Origin: Perna viridis
Lineage: Eukaryota
Reading direction: 5' to 3'
NCBI GenBank assembly: GCA_037379345.1
Contig: CM074520.1
Location: 5,642,001-5,706,000, forward strand
DNA length: 64,000 nt
Positions 27,895-40,730 of this stretch are shown one piece after another. The notes beneath the pieces were generated by a model. The model worked only from the letters and a program-made list of their open reading frames with translations, had not been told where the DNA came from and ran no database searches. The position numbers were made by a program, and so were the translations under genes. The stretch's first letter is position 1. Each line of letters begins with the position of its first letter.

Positions 27895-28900
27895 ATTCAA
27901 TTCAATTATTGAAACAAGAAAATTATGTAAACAGTCAACATTTTGTGTCTTCATAGACTTTAAAAAGGCTTATAATTGGGTTAATAGAAATTTATTTTTT
28001 ACCAAGTTGGATGAACTTGGATTAAGTTCAAAGATGATGAATGCTTTATATGCTATATAATATAAAGTTCAATCTCGTGTAAAATTGAATTGTAGTATGA
28101 GACTGGGTTAATGTGTTTTCAGGACTACAACAAGGATGTATTATATCACCCTTGCTGTTTAATATTTTTATTAATGATCTTGTAGATGAGATTAAAACCT
28201 TGAATGTTGGTGTTAGATTAGACGATGCTATTGTCTCTAATCTACTATACACAGACGACATAGTGCTTTTATGTGAAAATGATTTACATAGAATATTAGA
28301 TATTTTAAACCAATGGTGTCAACGTAATTATTTAATTGTCAATATAGCAAAGTCTAAAGTTGTTCATTTCAGACGACAATCAATGTCTAAAACAGGTTTT
28401 TTTTTTTAATGGCGATAAGATGGAATTGGATAAATATACATACCTTGGATTAGTTTTAAATGAATATTTGAATTATGAATATATGGCTAAAACTGTAGCT
28501 AAGTCTGCAAGTAGAGCATTGGGTTTATTGAGTATAAAGCACATGGTGGTTCTGACTATTCTATTTTTACAATACTTTTTGATACTATGCTGATGTCTGT
28601 CATTGAATATGGTGTCTCAATATGAGGCTGTGGCGAATTTTTTAAAAGTATTAATGCAGTTAAAAATAGAGCAACGTGTTTCTGTATGGGGGTTGGTAAA
28701 TATACCTCAAATCTTGCATTATATTGTGATATGGGCTGGAAGCTTTGCATAGTGAAACAATGGTCAAGTATTTCTATAATGTGGTTACGATTTATAAAAA
28801 ATGTGTAATGACAGATTGAATCAGAAAGTTTTTTTTTTTTCTGTGAGCCTACAGACATTGTATCAATCGAATTAAAAAAAAATTAACTTTAAGAGTCCAT
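27895..28900 (+). pseudogene. Degenerate non-LTR retrotransposon (CR1/L2-like) reverse transcriptase fragment
   Basis: Frameshifted RT motifs VFIDFKKAYNWV, GLQQGCIISPLLFNIFINDL, LLYTDDIVLL (YADD variant), YTYLGLVL. Confidence 0.92.
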
Positions 28901-30259
28901 AGTAAATTTAGAGAGTTGAATGTTAACCATTTTTATACTACTGACTTTATTGACTGATATATGTTCTTTTATGCAGCTTAAAATCTGCCATGAACCTGTA
29001 TTAAGTAGGAGAAATATTTTATACAAGTAAAATGAGTATCAGTGTTTTATGTTTTGTACCCTACTGTAATTTTATTTTAATGTACAGTCTATCATAACTC
29101 TTTGAAAAGAGTGGCTCTCAATACATGTAAATGAATGCACATGTTTTTATAGGCAATGATTTATATTATTAACTATAGTCATATTGTTTGAAGTTTTCTG
29201 AATTTTATGTTGTGTATCACTATTTTATATGTATATGTATGTATATATGAGAGGCGAGACTTAAATAATGAATAGTATGTCTGTCTGCATACATATAGTA
29301 ATTTGTTCACCCGACTTACCAACATTCTTCTCCAAAGCCAGGCGAGGTATCTCAAAAGATTGGTGTAGAAATTGATATCTTAGATGTTCTAACCATTAAT
29401 GGCTTAGTAACAAAAACGACAGTTAGGATCTGGTAGTTCCTGTGTCATTGCTTTATGCAACGTCTGTAAAATGTTAATGTTTTGGTTAATTTAATGAACT
29501 CAATTGCGCAGATTGTACCCAAACTCGACAGGAATGAACTACTACAAATCATCCATATTTTTTCGTGGGCTTGGCGGATTGAGATAACTACTACCATTAC
29601 ATTTTACCATTTTTGTTTTTTTTTATATATATAAAGTCAAACTTGACTATCATGGTTGTTCATTGTTGACATTTTCCCGTTCATTTCTCGTTATGACGAT
29701 GGAATCTCACAATTTCATGAACTGCGGATTTTGATAAATCTATATAAATATGAACCTTTTTAAAATGTCGCATGCAAAAGAAATGAAAGAACCCAATTCT
29801 GACAAAAAATGGGTTACAAATACTTTTCATCCATGTAAGCAACTGATTCTATATTATCATTCATAAAATTCAAGAAATCGTTACAGTCCCTATAGATACC
29901 AGAACATATTTCCACTGATTGTTGGTTTTCGCGTACATTCGCCGCATGCACATGTATACATTTTAAGACCTCCCGTGATATTTAGTCAATTCAACACCTT
30001 ACACAGAACATAAGTGATTTAGAAGCATACTAACAAGAATATTTAACAAACGAAGAAACTTTCGAAATGGCCCGTTCGATGACCCGTAGTGCGGGTGAAA
30101 TGTTCGAGCTTGTTGTTAAAAGTTTCTCCTAGCAACACATAAAAAGTAATTTGGTTACCATATTGAATATGTTTATTAGATAACACATAATAAATTAAAA
30201 GCACTAATTTATGTCAATAACCAAAAAAAAAGTAATAAATGTAAAATTACGTTAACAGT

Positions 30260-31983
30260 TCATAATGTTGCGAGTGTGTGAAGTCGTCGTAAGTCTTTTC
30301 GTCGGAAACTTTCCCGAAACCTGTGTAGTTTTCTTGCCACGGCTTGTTTGTCGTGAACCTGGAAACCTGATATTGCGCATTTCTTTGATGTGGGTCTTAC
30401 ACAGAACTCTTTGGGATGTTGTAAAGCATCGGAGTGGGCAATATCACTTTTAGTTTTTTTCTTCAGTCCTTGTTTCACGTCTTTAATCGCTTGAACGAGC
30501 TTAGGGAGCTTTGCTGAGTACTTTTCCTTTGCATGTGCCACTTTCTCCGTACACACAGGGAATATATCGTTTTCTTTGGTTTGCGCTATAGTCTGTAGAG
30601 CATCTGTTTCTATACCGACCACGTCTTGGCGAAATGTAGATGGCGCAATCGTAGACAAAAAGTCAACAGATAAACATCGGTTGTCGTCGTTCTGGTAACG
30701 CCGGAGATAATTCCTATGAAGAACAGTATCGCGATTTTCATCGATTGACCATGTTTCGGCTTCGGTCAAATTCGTTTTCCCCCTGGTACTTATTGACCAT
30801 TTTGAAAAATCAAGTTTGTCTTGCACCATTGTCGAAGAAGCACAAGGAATAAAATCATGTATCATTGTAGATTGAGCCCGTGGAGTTTTTACGTTCGTGC
30901 TAATGTCATCTGAGAGCATAGTTTCTCCTGAATAATCGATCATTGTAGAACTTGCCATTGGAGCCAATCTTAGTTTAGCAGGCGGCAATTTTTTCGAGCC
31001 ACTGAATAGCGATCGTCTAGCGTTTTGTCGTCTGAATGTGCCCCTGCAAAATTGAGCTCCACCTTTGGCTTTACTATCAAGACAATCTTCGGCTTCAGGT
31101 CTTCGTGTTAATATTATTTCTGTCGATTTGACCAAGTTATTGTCTTGCGTGAAATCAGTCCAATCATTCAGTGACGTGTTGACAAGGGTGTCTGACTCAT
31201 CAAAAGACATGCTCAAATTAGTGACTCTTGTGAGAGACTCAATTTTAGAGACGGATGATGGTGTCACTGGACAAGGACTATTCTTTGCCATCTGTAAAAG
31301 AAATACAAAAATGTATTAAAGAGTGTAAAAGTTTAAGACAAAGACACGTTACAGTAACGAGCTTCTACAACTTAACTGTTTATAGAACCATTTGATAAGT
31401 CCTATTTATGTCAACGTATCTTTTTAAAGGCTTAGGGTTTCTTTGGGGGGGATGGGGGGAGAGGGAGGTCTTTTTTTGTCGATCAGTATCAAAAGGACTG
31501 GCGTTTTTTGTTTTTTGTTTTTTTGTTTTTTTGTTTGTTTTTTTTTTTTTTTTTTTTGTCATTGTACAAAATCTTGACTAGAATATTATCTATCATATAT
31601 TTTTACTATCGTTATTGTATACTTACCACATTATAAAATAGTTGTGATCTTGGCCTCGATTTCAATGCCTTAGTAGAATTTTTCAGCGCTGGAAAAGAAT
31701 AAATTGTTATACCTTAAAAGCATATTGCAATTTTTTTTTAAATGTCTAACGTTTGAACAAAGAGCATGAAGAATATGGCTTGTGAAGTGAAACACGACAA
31801 CTAAATCTTGTACGACTAATAAAATAATACATTATCGGTTTTCAGGATGATTGAATAAAAAAATTCAGATATACGTTTGAATAAAAACAGATGTTTGAAC
31901 AGAAATTTACATATACGCAACGTGTAGTATAAGAGTAACTAGATCTAAGAAAACTTACCTTTTGGGCTGAATGAGAGCTTCAT
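30260..31983 (-). CDS. Cluster gene B: uncharacterised disordered protein, about 372 aa
   Basis: Exons 31983-31959 (MKLSFSPK, phase 1, GTAAGT), 31688-31627 (phase 0, GTAAGT), 31291-30260. Ends DKQAVARKLHRFRESFRRKDLRRLHTLATL. Three STM[IV] motifs. TATAAAAA at 32085-32078; AATAAA at about 30177-30172. Confidence 0.88.
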
Positions 31984-32077
31984 GGTATAAGTTGAAAGTT
32001 GTATTAAATTATTATGTCTTGAAAAAGAATTAGTCAAATTTGTAAAGTGTCATAGTTTTCCAGAAATATATACCCCC

Positions 32078-32345
32078 TTTTTATAGGTTTTAACACTTAC
32101 TAAGTTCGTATTACTCTAACACCTTTCGAAAATGCTTAATTAAGTACATTATAGTCAATAATTGGAGATGCTAGTTTTTACACCTGTTATAATGTACCTA
32201 CATATTTTGTTCCTGCAATTACACCTTAATTAATCTGTTAATTGATCGAAAAGAACCTCGTTACAGGAGTTAATTAGGACCTTAGATTTTGTATTGTTGG
32301 CATGGAGGATTTTTACACCTTTAATAAGTGAAATTTACACTCTCC
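32078..32345 (-). promoter_or_regulatory. Promoter of gene B: TATA box plus four T-box-type half-sites
   Basis: TATAAAAA, then AGGTGTTA (32117-32124) and AGGTGTAA (32178-32185, 32219-32226, 32313-32320), all on the sense strand, with TAATTA cores between them. Confidence 0.6.
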
Positions 32346-32969
32346 ATAAATTGCGTACAATATGAAAAATATTCCTTGAAGTAATTTTGTCACTTTTTAA
32401 AAAGATACACTGAACTAAATAGAGATGAAAGAAAACAAAAAAACACAGTTATGTCGGTCATTATCCGTAAAATACATAACAGGAGAACCAGAAAATAAAC
32501 AAATGTAGTAATAAACAAATAATCTACGAACAAAATATGAACAATCCAATGAATAAACAAAATAAACAGTGAATCGATATTTTAAGATCAAAATATAAAT
32601 GTTAATTATTTTCGCAGCATCCATATCCAATGCAAGAACATGAATTTGTCTTAATTACAGTATATTAGCAGAAATAAATATAACGAAGCTATAGAAATGC
32701 ACCCCACAACGATTAACAAGAAACACAATTGTAATGCATGCACAATTAGTATTTTGGTCTGCATCATTTTGAAATTAATCTCTAACAATTTGAATGCCAT
32801 TTATAACAACTTAACGTTTTTTTGTCTCAGTCTGTAGACCCAGTTACCGGCTAAACGTTTGCCGAAAACATAAAGCATCGGCCTAAAAATGCAACAATTT
32901 AATAATAAAATAGCATTTTTAATCGTTCTTTGAATGCAAGAAAACAATTGAGAGGTTTTAATTTTCGAT

Positions 32970-33660
32970 TCAATTCAATATTATTTTTTTTATTGGAAAG
33001 AGCACATAACAAGCGTCTCGTATTTTTTTCAAGGAATTTCGATTTAAGAAATCTGATAGTGATTCATCGGTAGTGTTATCAGGGATTTCATATCTATTTC
33101 GTAGAGAATTGTAATGAGGACAATTTAACAAGAAATGGTATTCGTCATACGTTCGATCCAAACTGAAATTTACAAAATCTTTCATTTCTTGAGTTTTAGG
33201 TTAAAAGAGCATGAAAAGCTCAAGCAGAACAATAGATCATTTTTCATTTGCAGAGACCGAATCGATTATCATTGGATACTTTTATAAACCTTTATGCCAA
33301 AAAAAAATTCATTATTTGAAAGTTTCTTTCAATTTATTAGGACTTTTAAGATATCAAGAATGTTATTTGTTACTTTTGCCTTCAAATGCAATTACTGTAA
33401 TAAGGAGTCGTCCTACAACTTGAAATTAAATGATGATTTCCGCAAGTCTTATCATAGGAATCATTTCATTAATTGAAAGTTTCTTTCTAACTGTTATGAT
33501 GCAAAAACTTTATTCGTCTTTAATGGGTAATAACTCGCACATGGAGTCGTTCTACAATTTCGACAAAGAGAACTTTATAGGCCTTGTCCCGAAGACAATT
33601 TCTTCTATTAAACGCTCTTTTCCATCTGTTATGGTTTTCAAGATAATGCCTGAATAAAAC
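32970..33660 (-). pseudogene. Degenerate LINE ORF2 3' fragment
   Basis: DEYHFLLNCPHYNSLRNRY is the typical C-terminal motif of CR1/L2-type ORF2. The upstream extent is uncertain. Confidence 0.65.
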
Positions 33661-33714
33661 GTCATTCCTTACCTTTCAATGCCAATAAAATGTACAGAAT
33701 ACAACTATCACTAT

Positions 33715-34095
33715 ATGATGGGAACAGAGTAAGGACTAACACACCGTGATGTGAAAAGAAAAGGACTAACGCACCATGATGGGAACATACATACACACCG
33801 TGATGGGAAAAGAAAAGGACTAACACACCATGATGGGCACAGAATAGAACTAACACACCATGAAGGGAACAACACCATAATTGAAACAGAATAGGACTAA
33901 CACACCATGATGGGAACAACACCATTATAGAAACAGAATAGGACTAGCACACCATGATGGGAACAGACTAACATAACATACCATGATAGGAACAGACTAA
34001 CACACCATGATGGTAACAGAAAATGACTAACACCCTATGGTGAGAACAGAATATGACTTACACACCATGATGGGAACAGGATATAGGACTAACAT
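33715..34095. repeat. Minisatellite, about 30 bp unit
   Basis: About 12 degenerate copies of aggactaacacaccatgatgggaacagaat. Confidence 0.9.
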
Positions 34096-35171
34096 TCCAA
34101 ATTTTAACAGCTGGGAAATGGAAAGATCTTTTATAAAAAATTGTATTAGGTCTAGGTAGAAATATGCCATTACTTCATGAAGACCTTAGACTGTAAGGTT
34201 GACATTTGTATTACAACAGTTAATAGTCTGGTACTAATCCATGAACAATTTACATTAATAGAAACTTTTGTTAATTTACTCGATCAAGATATGACAACCA
34301 TTTAAGTGAAGAAAACACGAAAGAATATGAAACAGAATAATCACAATAAGATATAATTTTAACGACTCTTTTTGCCTTTATAATTCTGTCCGAGTCTCGT
34401 TTTATAATACATCCTCAAGCTCTGCTACAATAATCTGTATAAGGTAAAATATAAAAGTTGTAAAATAACAGTCACATTTGAGATGGTAAATACACCTTGA
34501 ATTTATTTAAACGTCGGTAACAGAGATATTTCGCATGATGAAAAGGATAGACCAGAGGATAATTCGCTATCAAATTCAAATTTGTTGACGGCTATGCTAA
34601 TAAGAACTTTTGAAAAATTGGACGAAAATTAGTAAATCACGTAATAAAGCTTGTTTATTGGGTCGTAGCTGACAGATGCCAGCAATAAAAATCTGGATTT
34701 TTTTTTCAGTAGAAGTCAGGGGATGGATATGTTTTTCATTTTAGAAGAAAAACACATATTTATGTTCATAAAAAATGAGACCATTTCAGGTAGTTAGTGA
34801 ATCTATCCCTTTTTGAGGGACTTATCTAATGAATTTTGTTCACTTGCTCATTCCAGGCTTTCATCGATTTCTACACCAAGAAATTTTGGGGAATGGAATT
34901 TACAATACATTGATTTTTATTTTTGTATTTGAAGATCTGTTTTAAACATGAATTTAAACACTTAGGGTTTGTTTGTTTGTTTGTTTTTGTATTTATATAC
35001 ATACTTTGGGTTTCATACCGTGACTAAACAACACTTACATCATTTTGTAATTTAGTACATATGCTATTTATATCCTTGGTATGACAGTGTAAAGTAGAGT
35101 CGTAAGCATACAAGTCATGGGAAGATTTGGGTTTTATTTTACACATGATGGGGACTTTGTAGGGTTATACT

Positions 35172-35500
35172 GGTCTGGAGCTGGCATGTCAGTTAACTAC
35201 TATTAGTCCTCAGTTTGTACACTTGTGTAATTTGTATTCAGTTTCTTTATTTTTGTTGTAACAAGAGACTCAGACCTGTTTGAACTGATTTTCAGGTGTG
35301 TTTAATTGTATAATGTTTTTAAACAGTGCCCAGATTTTAAAGGGGGATGGTTGTGATCACGCCAAAGTACTTTAACCCTTCTTGCATTCTTTTTGCGACT
35401 GTCCCAAGTCAGGAATTTCTGGCCTTTATATGTCGTGTTTCATTTTCACCTTAAGTTTATTTATATTACTTGAGTATAAATGGACAAGTCTTTCGATGTG
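35172..35500. repeat. Interspersed repeat, same family as 22966-23415
   Basis: Shared colinear blocks with the 22966-23415 copy. Confidence 0.65.
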
Positions 35501-35504
35501 TCTT

Positions 35505-36583
35505 TAGCTGTGTATAATGATGTTTTGGGGCCTGTTCTTTCGTTGTAGCTGTGTATAATGATGTTTTGCGTGTATAATGCTGGTTTTGGGCCTGCTCTTT
35601 CGCTGTAGTTGTGTATAATGTTGTTTTGGGGCCTGGTCTTTCGCTGTAGCTGTGACGTTTTTGGGCCTGCTCTTTCGCTGTAGCTGTGACGTTTTTGGGC
35701 CTGCTCTTTCGCTGTAGCTGTGACGTTTTGGGGCCTGCTCTTTCGCTGTAGCTGTGTATAATGACGTTTTGGGGCCAGCTCTTTCGCTGTAGTTGTGTAT
35801 AATGTTGTTTTGGGCCTGCTCTTTCGCTGTAGCTGTGACGTTTCGGGGCCAGGTCTTTCGCTGTAGCTGTGTATAATGCTGGTTTTGGGCCTGCTCTTTC
35901 GCTGTAGCTGTGACGTTTTTGGGCCAGCTCTTTCGCTGTAGCTGTGACGTTTTGGGGCCAGGTCTTTCGCTGTAGCTGTGACGTTTTGGGGCCAGGTCTT
36001 TCGCTGTAGCTGTGTATAATGACGTTTTGGGGCCAGGTCTTTCGCTGTAGCTGTGACGTTTTGGGGCCAGGTCTTTCGCTGTAGCTGTGTATAATGATGT
36101 TTTGGGGCCTGCTCTTTCGCTGTAGCTGTGACGTTTTGGGGCCTGCTCTTTCGCTGTAGCTGTGACGTTTTGGGGCCAGGTCTTTCGCTGTAGTTGTGTA
36201 TAATGTTGTTTTGGGCCTGCTCTTTCGCTGTAGCTGTGACGTTTTGGGGCCAGGTCTTTCGCTGTAGCTGTGACGTTTTGGGGCCAGGTCTTTCGCTGTA
36301 GCTGTGTATAATGATGTTTTGGGGCCAGCTCTTTCGCTGTAGCTGTGACGTTTTGGGGCCAGCTCTTTCGCTGTAGCTGTGACGTTTTGGGGCCAGGTCT
36401 TTCGCTGTAGCTGTGTATAATGTTGTTTTGGGGCCAGGTCTTTCGCTGTAGCTGTGACGTTTTGGGGCCAGGTCTTTCGCTGTAGCTGTGACGTTTTGGG
36501 GCCTGCTCTTTCGCTGTAGCTGTGATGTTTTGGGGCCAGGTCTTTCGCTGTAGCTGTGTATAATGATGTTTTGGGGCCAGCTG
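35505..36583. repeat. Homogeneous minisatellite of interspersed 34-bp and 41-bp variants
   Basis: gttttggggccaggtctttcgctgtagctgtgac (34 bp) and a longer variant containing tataat (41 bp), about 29 units. Confidence 0.95.
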
Positions 36584-36917
36584 TTTTGATTTGTTGTTTA
36601 GTTGGTTGGCTGCCTGTTTTTTGCTTGTCATGGACAAAATCTGAATTAAATAAACAGTAACATCAATAACATGACGAGTACTTCAGCTTCGTAGTTCACG
36701 ATTAGAAGTTTAAGAGCTTTTCATGTGAAAGCATTGTAGATCTACGAAACGAATTGTTATATTGATTTGTCGTATAAGTACATGTATTGTACAAGTAGCC
36801 TTGTTGTGAAACTCTTGTTATTCGAGGAGAGAAAACACAAATTTGTTTTATATTATTTATTTACAGTGTTGTAAACATAAAATAGCACTATATTGTGAAG
36901 AGAATTTGTTACAATGG

Positions 36918-38342
36918 TCATAGATTCGCTAAAGTACAAATGTCAGCAGACTTGTTGCTCCAGCGCTCTTGAAAATATCGAATTTTCCTAATCATTTCCA
37001 CCTTTTCTAAACCTGACAAAGCCAGAAAGGGGTTGCTATTCTTTTTCTCTACTGTCCCCCCTTGTTTATTTTTCCTAGAAAACAAGCGCCTAAGTCTGGA
37101 AATTGGTTTAGAACGAGCATGCGTGGTCGTTTCTTTTCCGGGCTTTTTGTTGTTCAAGTTCAAACTGCCTTTCAACTTCTTCGGCGTAAGACGGAGCTTA
37201 GCTCTGGTGCTTGTTCTTGGGACTCCCTTGTGTGTATTGTAAAAAGATGTTTTTGCATACGCAACTTCGTCTACGACTTCTACACTGACAATGTCTCTGG
37301 TGCTACAGTAACCAATCGATGATAACATTCCAATTTCGTTCTGTGCAATTTCTTGCTTACTAGAGAGAATGTCTTCTTCGCATGAACTCGAGTCATCGTT
37401 GCGACTAATGACGAAAGTCTGGTTGATCTTGGGTCCTTGGAGTGAAGTACATGGAATGCTGTCATTTTGAATGGATGAAAAGCTTTCACTTATACCCGAA
37501 TCTTTTCTACTAAGAGTCATCATTATTTGGTTCTTGTTTTCACCAGGAGATTTTATCATGGTAGAGCATGCTACCGGTTTCGTAATATTTGACTTTCTTC
37601 GTTTGGAGTATCTACCTTGTCTGTTGCGGTTTCGACTTTTTGGAGTATGGTTTTCTTCACATCCTACAACTATACGCTCAAGGATATCTAGATCGATGCC
37701 ATCGAAATTAGTAAATGAATCATCAATATTTGAGTCAAAACTCGCACACTTATTAATTTGCTTGATTTCCGTTGGGTATCCAATCGGTACACAATGTGTC
37801 TCATCTCCAGATGACGAAGAACCAGAAATATTGTAGGAGTCTGAACAAATACTGTCGTTGTATAGGTTGAAGAAATCGTTTTGGCAGTCCTTCGCTTGTA
37901 ATATTGATAAGGATCCGAGTCTTGGAAGTTTCATTTTCTTTGAGGGCCTTTCTACGTCCAACTGATCACTCATCTGGAATTAAAAATAAATGTGATGGTT
38001 AACCGATAATTTATTATGAAACCAGTATATAAATTTATACTAATGAATCGTATAGATGATACATGGAATCAAGAAGTGTATATTAAATGTGCTATATAAA
38101 AATTTGAATTTAGAAATTCCCATATTTTTTTTAACTATATAACAAATGTAATGTTACTGATGGTACTATTATATTAGTATCACGAAACAATCTGGTTGTT
38201 ATCGAAACATTTTACATCTTTCAGCATTTTGCATAAAGACAAAGGATGCTGTTTGCGCAAATTAGAAGTATACAGAAGGTTTAACTGTATTCCATACCTG
38301 ATAAAGTACACGAACCACCTGGTCTGCTTTCACAATCTCCAT
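36918..38342 (-). CDS. Cluster gene C: uncharacterised disordered basic protein, about 366 aa
   Basis: Coding exons 38342-38298 (MEIVKADQVVRVLYQ, phase 0) and 37973-36918. Non-coding first exon ends at 38575; TATAAAAA at 38646-38639. Ends EKVEMIRKIRYFQERWSNKSADICTLANL. Contains PVACSTMI, FYNTHKGVPRTSTR and DSGISES. Confidence 0.86.
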
Positions 38343-39929
38343 TTCTGAAAGATATATCTAAAACGATAATATGAAAAAGAACGAAATTAAGAAATATTGC
38401 AAACCTTAAGATGTAAGATCGACTGCTTACAACCAATTTTAGTGAAACAATGACGTAAATCTGAAAAGAAAAAAAAAACATCGGCTGAACATCTAAGATA
38501 TCTTTACAATCAATCTTCAAAGAGCCTGGATTAACTTTTCCCGTTTTGGAATTAATTTCGAATAAATATTTTACCTTTAACCCAAAGTGCAGATCTTTAT
38601 CACAGTAAGATCACATATTTTAGCCGTGTTACATACGGTTTTTATACCTCCAGAGATCATCTTCACACCAAATACATATTGCCTCGAGATTCAGCCCTTT
38701 GTCTTATCGAAATTTAACACGTAATTATCAAAACAATTGGATTGCTATTCAAAACATTGTAAAATAATAATTGATTCTTCCGTTTTGTTTACTTTATGAG
38801 AAGTTCATTAAAAGATTCTGATTATTTTAATTACATCAATTACTTTTATTAATTATAATAATGTTATTCTATTTCTATATCACGTTTCATTTCCCACATT
38901 TTTTTCTAATGTGTTGTTGAATGTCACACCTACGTAATGCTAACAATTTTTCAACGTGTAAAAATGATTTTGTTTGTAATTTATTTTAAGACTAATAGTA
39001 TTTTCACTATCAGAAAATAATTTTGAAAATGAGAAGTCTGTGAACAACTATATAGAGTTATCTCTCCTTTCACGACATACTTTTGTTTACATTCCAGCTT
39101 GAAACAACCAAGTTTGGTCGCCTGAACTTGTATACCTTTTATTCAAACATTATATAAGTCTTTGTCTTCAGATTAAATGCATTCTTTTTCCATTAATTTA
39201 AACATGAAGAATCGTCTAAAAAAGCGCATTAAAACAGTCACAATTCGTGTTCCTATTCTATCAACAAAATTCTGTTAAATATTATGTCATTTCTGATTAT
39301 TCCTGCTATACACCGCAGTAGTTAAACCAAATCCGTAACTAAATCTAAAGCATAAAACCGAGAGACATAAGACAGAACAAAGGAAATGGAGACCACAGCA
39401 ACCAATAACAAGTAGAGACGGAATGAAAATTACTAATATTAAACTAAATCAAGTGTGTAAATTTTTGCATGTTTGTGAGAGACCGGAGTTCGTATTTCGG
39501 TTATGATAATGCTATTCTTTACATTTTCTGAAAAAAATAGAATAATGAAATAAAAGACTCATTACCACATAGCCTTTGGAGATGGTAATCATTTTCACCA
39601 TATCTTTGATTTATTTTTTTTTAAATGATAAAATTTTGCTAAAATTGTTAGTGAAAAAATAACATTTTTTTTTATTATAATCCTTTACTTGCTCCGTTCA
39701 CGATCAAGAAGCAATACATAACATATATTAGCGATCTGTTCACGATTATTCCTATGGCTTCACAGAGTGACGTTGTTGAAGAACCTGAGTCCGAGCTCAA
39801 TTTAGTCAAGTTGAAAATTGTTAATGTGAGAAACTTCAAGGTTGCATGACAATTTGTACAAATAATGCAATATCGAGACACAAATTGTATATGTTACAGT
39901 GCACTATATTCGTATCCATTTAGTGCAAT

Positions 39930-40730
39930 TCAATTGATGTTAAACATAAGACAAACGCCATGACTTCTGATTCCGTATTGTCAACTTTCCATTCATCTGC
40001 GTCAACATCTCTTTGGCACCTGCGAATCGGGTTCTCACGCGTTATGCCAGAGCTTTCGTAAACTACACGGTCTTTTTTGTACAGCGGTAGAGTTCTTACA
40101 ATTAAACTTTTGGAACAGGGTTGGTTGCTGCGCGATTAAAGTTATCATGTCAATTTTAAAAGTTTTATGGTCGTCATCATGAACTCATGGATTGTTATGG
40201 TGTATCCATCTGCACATCGTGTTTTGTTCACCGTGTCATACACAGTTTTTCTTTACTCTTTCCAAGTCTAAATAATAATAATAGTACTCGTACATCTTTT
40301 CTTGATTAAGATTTCGCACTAGAAATATGCAGTCTTCATATTAAAATTGATGACAAAATAGATGACTTTGATTTTCGTATTGTAAATTTTCCATTTCTAG
40401 ATAGTGATATCGCTGAAGCACATCTTACGGTATTTACATTTCACAGCTGGTCGGTTTCGCTCGTATTTGCAATAAAGTGTAAGGTTTCATGAACGCAATA
40501 AATTCTCATAGAAAAGCTCATGCATCAATACCACAAACTTCTAAAAACATTTTTTTCACCGTTACAAAATATTTATGCAAAAAGTATAACAGCACTAACA
40601 GGTTCTTAATTAAAAATGATGTTGCTCACCCAGTTCTTTACGGATATGTGGTGTCTTAAGCACATTCTTCCAAACAAAATCCGATGGATTTTTAACTGCC
40701 TTTAATAGATTTATTTGTTAAGGATATTTT
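39930..40730 (+). pseudogene. Two decayed fragments of a Penelope-like retroelement RT C-terminal region
   Basis: Translates with frameshifts as DKIDDFDFRIVNFPFLDSDI...SYGIYISQLVGFARIC (about 40350-40470). A second, more decayed copy lies at about 39945-40210. Confidence 0.65.

Noticed and set aside
35504-36637. 377-aa ORF as a real gene, or the array as a CRISPR locus
   Set aside because: The ORF is translated minisatellite; unit lengths 34 and 41 are not multiples of 3, so it cycles through frames. There are no unique spacers and no cas genes, and the context is eukaryotic.
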